A stretch of 64,000 nt of DNA from NCBI GenBank assembly GCA_002305355.1, contig DBQS01000014.1:4720-68719 (forward strand). The letters are read 5' to 3'. The notes beneath the pieces were generated by a model that was not told the DNA's origin, made no database searches, and saw only the letters and a program-made list of their open reading frames with translations. Shown here in pieces: positions 27,314 to 34,558 of the stretch. Both the position numbers and the translations under genes were made by a program. Every line of letters starts with the position of its first letter. Position 1 is the stretch's first letter. Source of the stretch: Patescibacteria group bacterium UBA1388. Lineage in GTDB: Bacteria; Patescibacteriota; Microgenomatia; UBA1400; PJMF01.

Positions 27314-27889
27314 TCAGGATTTTGTGTCGGCTGACTTAGCAGTTTCAGCCGATTTGGTTGCATCAGCAGTCTTGGTTGTATCGGTAGATTTGTTTGCATC
27401 AGTCGATTTATCGACACCACTAATCGATTCAGCTGGTTTGGTTGATGATTCAACCTCAACCTTGGATTCCACTTTAGCTTCATCCTCGACTTTAGCTTCA
27501 TCCTCGACTTTAGCTTCAGTTTCTAGTTGGGGTTCTGTCTTTGGTGCTGCAGCTGGCTCTGCCGCTGGTACGACCTTTTTTTCTGCGGCTGGTTGAGCAG
27601 CTTTCGCAGCGGCTTTTTTAGAGGGTTTTTTCTTTTTAGCAGGGAATGGATTACCGGATTGAAAACGCTTAAATAAGCTTGCTACTGTGTCGGTGGGTTG
27701 AGCGCCCTTAGCAACCCACTTCTCATACTCAGCGACATCAATTTCGAGTAATTTAGGATGTTGTGTAGGGGCATAATGACCTAAACTTGCATTGTACTTA
27801 CCATCACGTTTGCTGCGTGCTTCTGTAACCACGAACCGGTAGTGAGGTTGATTTCTCTTTCCAAAGCGAGCAAGTTTAATTTTTAGCAT
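27314..27889 (-). CDS. rpsP: 30S ribosomal protein S16 with a roughly 100-aa low-complexity repetitive C-terminal extension
   Basis: The N-terminus 'MLKIKLARFGKRNQPHYRFVVTEARSKRDGKYNASLGHYAPTQ…' is bS16. The C-terminal half is Lys/Ala/Glu/Thr-rich, with repeats EAKVEDEAKVEDEAKVE and KSTDANKSTDTTKTADATKSAETAKSADTKS. Confidence 0.85.
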   Translation of the reverse strand: MLKIKLARFGKRNQPHYRFVVTEARSKRDGKYNASLGHYAPTQHPKLLEIDVAEYEKWVAKGAQPTDTVASLFKRFQSGNPFPAKKKKPSKKAAAKAAQPAAEKKVVPAAEPAAAPKTEPQLETEAKVEDEAKVEDEAKVESKVEVESSTKPAESISGVDKSTDANKSTDTTKTADATKSAETAKSADTKS

Positions 27890-28047
27890 ATTTTCTTTTA
27901 CTTATACTTTAATTTATTAATTTAATGTTTTTTAAAAATTGTTTAATCTGAATCGACTGCCGGATTATACTCTAGCCCGATTACTTTCTCAAGGGCGCTC
28001 TTAATTTATCAAGCAGATTGACCGGTGTGATGATTTGTACTCACCCT

Positions 28048-28710
28048 TCATTTGTTAGTCATTTGATGTAGCGCCACTTCTGCTGCTTTTTGTTGCGCCT
28101 GTTGCTTACTCTTACCCTGTCCTGTAGCAACGACTTGTTCGCCGACTGAAACTGAAACAGTAAACAATTTATCATGATCTGGACCAACTTCTTCAACTAC
28201 TTGATATGTGGGGGTGGGTAAACCTTGGGATTGCACCGATTCTTGGAGCTGACTTTTGGCATCTTTATAGGTGCCTTCAGCCAGAATTTGATCTAAGTGC
28301 ACGTAAAGATGGGTCTTTAAAAAATTTTCTACCGCCTCAAAACCTTGGTCAAGGTACAATGCGCCAATCAAAGCTTCCATGGTGTCTGCCAGTAAACCAA
28401 TATTTTGCCTTCCTCCAGAGGATTCTTCACCCCGACTCATCTTAATCTGCTCGCCAAGCTTAAGCTTAGTAGCAACCTTGGATAACGATGTAGTTTTAAC
28501 TAACGCACTCCGGTAGGCAGTGAGAACACCTTCGTTTTCTGTGGGGAATTTATTATACAAAAATTTAGTTGTGGCCAGTTCTAAGACGGCATCGCCCAAA
28601 AATTCCAACCTTTCGTTAGAGTCGGCCGCTTTGAGACCTTTTTCGTTTAAGATACTGCGGTGGGTTAAAGCAATATTAAGAAGTTGGGGATCACTAAATT
28701 GAGGAAGCAT
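28048..28710 (-). CDS. rnc: Ribonuclease III
   Basis: It has the RNase III signature 'ERLEFLGDAVLELATTKFLY' and a C-terminal dsRBD (…KDAKSQLQESVQ…). Confidence 0.9.
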   Translation of the reverse strand: MLPQFSDPQLLNIALTHRSILNEKGLKAADSNERLEFLGDAVLELATTKFLYNKFPTENEGVLTAYRSALVKTTSLSKVATKLKLGEQIKMSRGEESSGGRQNIGLLADTMEALIGALYLDQGFEAVENFLKTHLYVHLDQILAEGTYKDAKSQLQESVQSQGLPTPTYQVVEEVGPDHDKLFTVSVSVGEQVVATGQGKSKQQAQQKAAEVALHQMTNK

Positions 28711-28728
28711 GTTGACTGTCTAAGGTGC

Positions 28729-28986
28729 TTAACCAAGTTCGGTTTCGTCGTTTATGAAAGTTAGTAAATCTTCAACTGTTTCTACTTGATCGGCGATGAT
28801 TGGCACGTCAAGCCTAATGTCAAATTCATGATTAATCTTTTTGATGACGCGTGGTAGATCTGCTTCGATAATCATGCCTAAATCTTCCTCAAGGTCAGAC
28901 TCAGGATAAATATCACCAGCCTCGTTGCCGGTGGTTTCTGCCAAAATATCGCGTAGTTTTTCAAATCTAGTAATATCAACAGGCAT
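28729..28986 (-). CDS. Acyl-carrier-protein-like protein lacking the phosphopantetheine-attachment Ser (DLGMII in place of DLGADSLD)
   Basis: It is 85 aa, acidic, and four-helix-like (…EEDLGMIIEADLPRVIKKINHEFDI…), located directly upstream of rnc as acpP is in Firmicutes. The conserved DSL serine is absent. Confidence 0.5.
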   Translation of the reverse strand: MPVDITRFEKLRDILAETTGNEAGDIYPESDLEEDLGMIIEADLPRVIKKINHEFDIRLDVPIIADQVETVEDLLTFINDETELG

Positions 28987-29000
28987 ATATTTTCATCTTG

Positions 29001-29372
29001 TTACTTTTTACTGAATTCGTCAAGCAACAACTTGGCTAGTGCCCCATTAATGAATCGAGGCGAGTTTTCACTTCCAAACTCCTTGGCTAGTTCAATTGCT
29101 TCATCAAGTAAGACTTTTTTTGGTGTCTGCTTGTGCTCTGATTCAAACACAATCAACCGTAAAATTGCAAGATCAATTTTGTTAATCTCGCTTAATGGTC
29201 TTTCCGGAGCAACTAATTGGATCCGTTCATCAAGTAAATCTAAATGTTTTAGTAATTCAAGCACTGTTCCTTGTTCAGATTCCAAGCTTGATGCCAAGTT
29301 TTCTGCTGTAAACGTGCACGCAAATAGTTGTTGCAGTAACTCTGCTCTTTTTGCATGACGAGAATCTTGCAT
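29001..29372 (-). CDS. nusB: Transcription antitermination factor NusB
   Basis: The C-terminus 'LAILRLIVFESEHKQTPKKVLLDEAIELAKEFGSENSPRFINGALAKLL' matches E. coli NusB '…[46 protein letters not shown]'. Confidence 0.8.
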   Translation of the reverse strand: MQDSRHAKRAELLQQLFACTFTAENLASSLESEQGTVLELLKHLDLLDERIQLVAPERPLSEINKIDLAILRLIVFESEHKQTPKKVLLDEAIELAKEFGSENSPRFINGALAKLLLDEFSKK

Positions 29373-29708
29373 TTAACCTTTATGCTGTGTTTTTCGGCCA
29401 GATGTAGGTTTGGTTTGGGCAGCGGGATGAAGTTTGGCGGTTTCTTGAGTTGCACTCATAGCAGGACTAATTGATGGCGCAGTTTTAACGCGTTTTTTGC
29501 CAACATTTTTTTGGCCAGATTGGCGAGACTCTTGAGCATCAGTTGCATTTTTTAAGCCGGTTGCATCGAGAATACTGTTTACGAGTCCACGCTTGTAAAG
29601 CGGCACAGAAATAACATTGGGATCTTTTTTCAGATCTGGTGTATTACCGGCGCGACGTTTGCCCCGTTCGGCTCTAGTGATTTTATTTTTAGGTAAAGCG
29701 CCCATATT
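29373..29708 (-). CDS. rpmF: 50S ribosomal protein L32 (bL32) with C-terminal extension
   Basis: The start is taken at ATG 29708, which is preceded by a strong AAGGAAAA RBS. The N-terminus 'MGALPKNKITRAERGKRRAG' resembles the bL32 N-terminus ([20 protein letters not shown]). The longer ORF in the track is probably an over-extension. Confidence 0.55.
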   Translation of the reverse strand, partial: NMGALPKNKITRAERGKRRAGNTPDLKKDPNVISVPLYKRGLVNSILDATGLKNATDAQESRQSGQKNVGKKRVKTAPSISPAMSATQETAKLHPAAQTKPTSGRKTQHKG

Positions 29709-30002
29709 TTCCTTAGTGAATAACGTTACAAGTATACACTTTTTTGTTTTCAAAACTACACATCAAGGGAGCGATTGTACCGTGACTTGAGGCAAATCTC
29801 AAGTGGCGGTCTGAGGTTTTGGGTTTGTTTGCCAGTGTATAGGAAAAAGAGCTATAGAGCCATGTCAATTAATTATCTCTTGACGGAACGAGGAGTTGAC
29901 TAGAAGTAGTTGACTCTCCTAAGTGACGTTGTATGATGAGCGAAAAGTTTTCGAAAAAAAGATTAAATTACATGCGTTGTATAAGCACTACTAAGGAATT
30001 TC

Positions 30003-30452
30003 ATGAATAGATCTCTAGAGCAACCAATGTTTTCAGCAGATGAACCAGTAGTTGAAGGTCAGCGGGGTGTAGACAAATTAGTACCCGATGAAAATCTTGA
30101 TTTACTTGCAAACGTGATTGAGATGAGATTCAATGCTATAGATCAAGCTTTTGATTTCATGGGTCTATTCAACGTTGAGGTGCTAGCAAATCAGGGAGCG
30201 TCACGTTTTTTTGATCAGGAGAAATTTGCCAAAAAATGGTTAAATGAGCCAGATTTTAGAGATAGTGTTAATTTATTATTCGCTGGGTTTGACTTAGCGA
30301 TGATTAAAAGATTTTTTTTAGACTATGGTGTTGAGAAAGAATTTGCCAAAACAATCAGTCGGGTAATCGTCAAAAACAGGGTTGGGGAAAGAGCAAAAAG
30401 AGCGAAAGTTCATCAAAAAGCAGTAAAAAAATTAGGAAAGTTCATTAATTAA
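30003..30452 (+). CDS. Hypothetical cytoplasmic protein (149 aa), basic C-terminus
   Basis: The ORF has no recognisable motif. It is preceded by a sigma70-like promoter (TTGACT-16-TATGAT at 29910-29937). Confidence 0.4.
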   Translation: MNRSLEQPMFSADEPVVEGQRGVDKLVPDENLDLLANVIEMRFNAIDQAFDFMGLFNVEVLANQGASRFFDQEKFAKKWLNEPDFRDSVNLLFAGFDLAMIKRFFLDYGVEKEFAKTISRVIVKNRVGERAKRAKVHQKAVKKLGKFIN

Positions 30453-30476
30453 CAAAAAGTTTTTAATGGGGAAAAT

Positions 30477-30905
30477 ATGAGAAGCAATTCTGAATTTGGG
30501 TCGCCTGAGGCAGGAAGCTTTGATCCATCAGCTCTTGATCGGGGGCATGTGCAAACAAATCCTGAAGCAAGCAATTTGGAGGATGTGGCGGTTGATATTA
30601 GAGAATTTTTGGCAGCAGAAGGTGTTTTTGATGGCGAAGATGGGAGTATGCAAGAATTAGAACGTCGTTTTAAAAATGATGGCGCTTTTGTGCAAGAAAT
30701 AATCGGTTTTATGGAGGACTTGAATAGGCAGCAAATCCAAGATGCGCTGATGCACGCCGGCTGTCCAGAGCCAGCTTATTTTGCCCAAAAAATTGCTGGT
30801 CTGAAGAATGAATTTAACGAGAGGAACCAGGGAATTAAAGGGCCAGAGGGAATAACTTATCGCCAACCAGGTCAGATGGGTCGACCTGTTGAAAGTGGTT
30901 ACTAG
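30477..30905 (+). CDS. Hypothetical acidic cytoplasmic protein (142 aa)
   Basis: This ORF starts 24 nt after the previous one. It has no recognisable motif. Confidence 0.4.
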   Translation: MRSNSEFGSPEAGSFDPSALDRGHVQTNPEASNLEDVAVDIREFLAAEGVFDGEDGSMQELERRFKNDGAFVQEIIGFMEDLNRQQIQDALMHAGCPEPAYFAQKIAGLKNEFNERNQGIKGPEGITYRQPGQMGRPVESGY

Positions 30906-30986
30906 TCGAGCGATCTCGATTTATTGAGGGATAATTTAGTTCAGGTTGATCAATCTCACAAAAGCCGCTTAATCAAGATCAGTCAA

Positions 30987-33080
30987 TCAATTTGCTAGTA
31001 GCTGTTTGTCATTGGTAATAAATGAAAATAGCGGTTGCCAATCTGAGGGGAGTTTTTTAAAAACGTGTTGGGCGATGCTGATCAACTCAAAGTTGGTCCA
31101 ACTGGCAAATTGGAGTGTCCCCCACCCGTGTTGTTCTACTCCAAATAAATCACCTGCGCCTCGGTGTTGTAAATCAATTTCTGCCAGTTCTTGACCGTTA
31201 TTAGTTTGACTAAACTGACGCAATCTTCTTTTAGCTTGGGAAGACTTGGTATTAGAAAAAACTACACAGTAACCTTGTTGACCCGCGCGGCCGACACGGC
31301 CGCGCAGTTGGTGCAAGCTAGCAAGCCCAAACCGCTCGGCAGATTCAATAATCATCGCCGCAGCTTGAGGAAGATCAATTCCGACTTCTACAATTGGAGT
31401 TGTGACCAAAATGTCAATTTTTTGTTGGAACATTTTTTCAATTACTTGCTGTTGGGCTGTTTTTTTCATCTTTCCATGAAGCTCGGCAATTTTGACGATT
31501 GGTTGTTTGTCTTTTACCACAGCTGGGGTTGTTTGTTTCTCCTCTTTGGCCCTTTTTTTCTGAGTAATTAGGTCAACTGCTTTCTGTTTTTCAAGTTTTT
31601 TGAAAGCAGCTTTAACAGTTTGATATTTTTGGGTGGTGGCTGCCACATCAGCTAAGCCTTCATTTTCAGAAGGGTTGATAAATGGGCACACTACCAATGA
31701 CTGAAATCGACCAGCTCCTTTTTTAGAAATTTGCTCATAGATCCAAGCGTACATATCGATGCGTTTTGTTTCTGGTAGTATCCAAGTTTTAGTTGGCAGA
31801 CGATTGTTAGGTAGCTCATCAATCACCGACACATTGAGGTGAGAAAAAATTGTGAGCAACATGGTGCGAGGAATGGGTGTGGCCGTCATAGTTAGCACGT
31901 GCGGTGGCGTCGGCAAATTTTCTGCAGCCGAGCGTTGTTTGACTCCAAAACGGTGCTGTTCGTCGTAAATAATAAACGCGGGATTAATTTGTAAAAGCTG
32001 GTTGATAAGAGCATGAGTGCCGACGTAAAACTTTAGTGATTGGCCTTTGTTAATAATGTTTTTACGCTTGCTTTGAACAGCGGTGATGAGTTCAATTTCC
32101 AGGTCAGGAAATAGTTCGCTCAGAGTCGCCGCGTGTTGCTCGGCTAAAATTTGAGTGGGAGCAATCAAACCCACGTTATGACCAGATAAGATTACTTGTC
32201 TGGCGGCAATGCCAGCCACCACTGTTTTTCCGGATCCGACATCGCCAATGAGGATGCGATTCATGGGCGAAGTTCGGTTTAAGTCCATCTTGATTTCATC
32301 TATACACCGTTGTTGAGCTTGAGTAAGAGCAAACGGAATCGTGTTGGGGATGAGTGGTTGTTGAGAGTGAATTTGATGGGCACCACGCTTTTTTTGCCAG
32401 GCTGCTTTCAGTTGATGAGAGTGACGTATTAAACCCAATAATTCTTCCAAAGCTAAGCGCTCCCGAGCTGCAACTACTGCCGGCTCCGTTTCTGGAAAGT
32501 GCAGTTGACACAGCGCCTCTTGCAAATCTGGCATGTGATATTTTTTTGGTAAAAGATGTTGAATCGGATCAGGGTGTGATTCCAGGTGAGTGGTGATTTC
32601 TTTGAGTAATCTCCGGAGAGTGCCTTGTTTCAAGCGCAGAGTTGACGAATAGAGAGGAATTAAGCGGCCAGTGTGAATGGTATCAACCTTTAATTTTTCA
32701 AATAAGGGCTGCACCATCGTTCGCCGGTCGTTTACTTTGCCACTAAACAAGTATTCCTGACCGACTTGAAGACTGGACTGCGCAAAGCGATTATTAAACC
32801 ACAATACGGTCATGGTGCCAGTTTGGTCACTAATCTTGGCAGTGGTAACGGTTCTTCTTCCCCGGTAACTTGTTGAAATTTTCAGTAAACTAGCTGAAAT
32901 AGTTAGCAGCTGGTTTGCTGGTGCAGACGCAATGGTGCTAAACTGCGAACGATCCTCATATCTGAGTGGGACGGCAAGCAGCAAATCAAGCACGGTAGAG
33001 TAACCATTTGCCTGAAGAAGAGCATTCAATTGTGGCCCGATGCCTTTCACCGCAGGCAAGGGTGTGGTTAGTCGATACAT
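30987..33080 (-). CDS. recG: ATP-dependent DNA helicase RecG
   Basis: It has the Walker A 'GDVGSGKTVVAG', 'DEQHRFGV', and a C-terminal helicase domain '…LHQLRGRVGRAGQQGYCV…'. The N-terminal wedge domain is present. Confidence 0.85.
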   Translation of the reverse strand: MYRLTTPLPAVKGIGPQLNALLQANGYSTVLDLLLAVPLRYEDRSQFSTIASAPANQLLTISASLLKISTSYRGRRTVTTAKISDQTGTMTVLWFNNRFAQSSLQVGQEYLFSGKVNDRRTMVQPLFEKLKVDTIHTGRLIPLYSSTLRLKQGTLRRLLKEITTHLESHPDPIQHLLPKKYHMPDLQEALCQLHFPETEPAVVAARERLALEELLGLIRHSHQLKAAWQKKRGAHQIHSQQPLIPNTIPFALTQAQQRCIDEIKMDLNRTSPMNRILIGDVGSGKTVVAGIAARQVILSGHNVGLIAPTQILAEQHAATLSELFPDLEIELITAVQSKRKNIINKGQSLKFYVGTHALINQLLQINPAFIIYDEQHRFGVKQRSAAENLPTPPHVLTMTATPIPRTMLLTIFSHLNVSVIDELPNNRLPTKTWILPETKRIDMYAWIYEQISKKGAGRFQSLVVCPFINPSENEGLADVAATTQKYQTVKAAFKKLEKQKAVDLITQKKRAKEEKQTTPAVVKDKQPIVKIAELHGKMKKTAQQQVIEKMFQQKIDILVTTPIVEVGIDLPQAAAMIIESAERFGLASLHQLRGRVGRAGQQGYCVVFSNTKSSQAKRRLRQFSQTNNGQELAEIDLQHRGAGDLFGVEQHGWGTLQFASWTNFELISIAQHVFKKLPSDWQPLFSFITNDKQLLAN

Positions 33081-33222
33081 GATTTAGCCGAAGATGTAAA
33101 AAAAGCCGACCATCGAGCTGGCAATCATGCCAATAATGGCCACGATGGCAAACACTTTTACAATCCGTTCACGATTTTTTCTAGTCATAGCTTGATGTGT
33201 CTTTTCTCTATTACTTGCGGCG

Positions 33223-34446
33223 TTATTCAACTGCTACTTTAAAGTACCGCCGTTTTCCAATTTTGACAACTTGTCCTGAGTGAACTTCAATTTGGGTAAA
33301 AAAGTCGGTTAATTTATTATCGTCTGGCAAAAGAGTAACAGCCCCTTGTTCCACCAATCTGCGGAGTTGACTGTTGCTTTCTGTTGGTAAACAAGCTTGG
33401 AGCAGTTGGCTAACTTGTAGGTGAGAGACAGAAAGTTTGACAAGCGGAATATCGTCGGGAAGTTGCTGATTTTGCACAGTCTTTTCAAACTCTTGTTCTG
33501 CCCTTTCTGCTTGGGCATGATCATGATACATGCTGGTGATCGTCTTGGCTAAGTATTTTTTAAACTGTAACGGATTATCTCCCCTTTCCATCGCTTGGCT
33601 CATCTCTTCAATTTCATTCAACGGTACATCAGTGAGCAAAGTGAAGTAAGGCAGAATTTGATCATCATCAAGCGACATTAATTTGCCATACATGTGAGAA
33701 GCTTCTTCTGTTAAAGCAATATAATTGCCGTAGCTTTTACTCATTTTGCGACCATCGGTGCCATTAATAATAGGGGTAGTAAGTACCCATTTATCGCGGT
33801 TATTAATGGATTTTTGCAGTTGTCTGCCCATCATCATATTAAACAACTGGTCAGTGCCTCCAATTTCCAAGTCAACATCTAGGTGAACACTATCATAACC
33901 TTGAAGCATGGGGTAAATTACCTCATGTCCAAAGATAGGCTGACCCTTCTCAATTCTTTTTTGGAACATGTCTCGTTCTAGCAATTGCTGCACGGTGGTT
34001 TTTGCCAGTAGTTTGACTATATCCTGATATGTGAGCTTATCCAACCAATCGCCATTGTACTTAATTTCAATTTGGTCAAAATTGAGTATTTTGCTAGCCT
34101 GATTTTTCCAGGTTTGGAAATTTTGAACAATTACTTCATCGGTTAATTCCGGTCGAGTGCTATCCCGACCAGTTGGGTCACCAATCCGTACGGTGCCATT
34201 GCCAATCAACAAGATCACGCTGTGACCCTGATCGGCAAACTGCTGTAGTTTGCGCAAGACTACGCTGTGGCCTAGAGTGAGATCATTGCCAGTGGGATCA
34301 ATGCCTAGATACAACTTAATTTTCTGCTCTGCCATCAATTGCGCTAGGCCATCTGCGCTAGGTAGGATCTGTTCGACACCTCTAGTTAAAATTTCTGGAA
34401 TTGTAGGGTTGGTACTTGCATCTAACATGAGGTTATTGTACCGCAA
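33223..34446 (-). CDS. tyrS: Tyrosyl-tRNA synthetase
   Basis: It has a HIGH-like motif 'GIDPTGNDLTLGHSVVL' and 'KMSKS', plus a C-terminal S4-like domain. Confidence 0.9.
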   Translation of the reverse strand: MRYNNLMLDASTNPTIPEILTRGVEQILPSADGLAQLMAEQKIKLYLGIDPTGNDLTLGHSVVLRKLQQFADQGHSVILLIGNGTVRIGDPTGRDSTRPELTDEVIVQNFQTWKNQASKILNFDQIEIKYNGDWLDKLTYQDIVKLLAKTTVQQLLERDMFQKRIEKGQPIFGHEVIYPMLQGYDSVHLDVDLEIGGTDQLFNMMMGRQLQKSINNRDKWVLTTPIINGTDGRKMSKSYGNYIALTEEASHMYGKLMSLDDDQILPYFTLLTDVPLNEIEEMSQAMERGDNPLQFKKYLAKTITSMYHDHAQAERAEQEFEKTVQNQQLPDDIPLVKLSVSHLQVSQLLQACLPTESNSQLRRLVEQGAVTLLPDDNKLTDFFTQIEVHSGQVVKIGKRRYFKVAVE

Positions 34447-34558
34447 CCTGAAGAATTATCGTAGTTTCAGATTGAGCGAATTTTATTTGCTCCCTCGTCT
34501 TTTTAGTGAAGATTCATGAATATTCAATAAAGGTTATAAGTACGGTAAAATAGAGTTT

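Noticed and set aside
27324-27596. Plus-strand ORF 27324..27596 and a possible tandem-repeat array at about 27400-27560
   Set aside because: It lies antisense to rpsP. The repeats are coding repeats of the S16 C-terminal extension and not a CRISPR or satellite array. There is no repeat-spacer architecture.
33083-33190. 35-codon hydrophobic mini-ORF between tyrS and recG (MTRKNRERIVKVFAIVAIIGMIASSMVGFFYIFG)
   Set aside because: It is plausible as a small membrane protein but too short to support without conservation or expression data. It is not listed as a feature.
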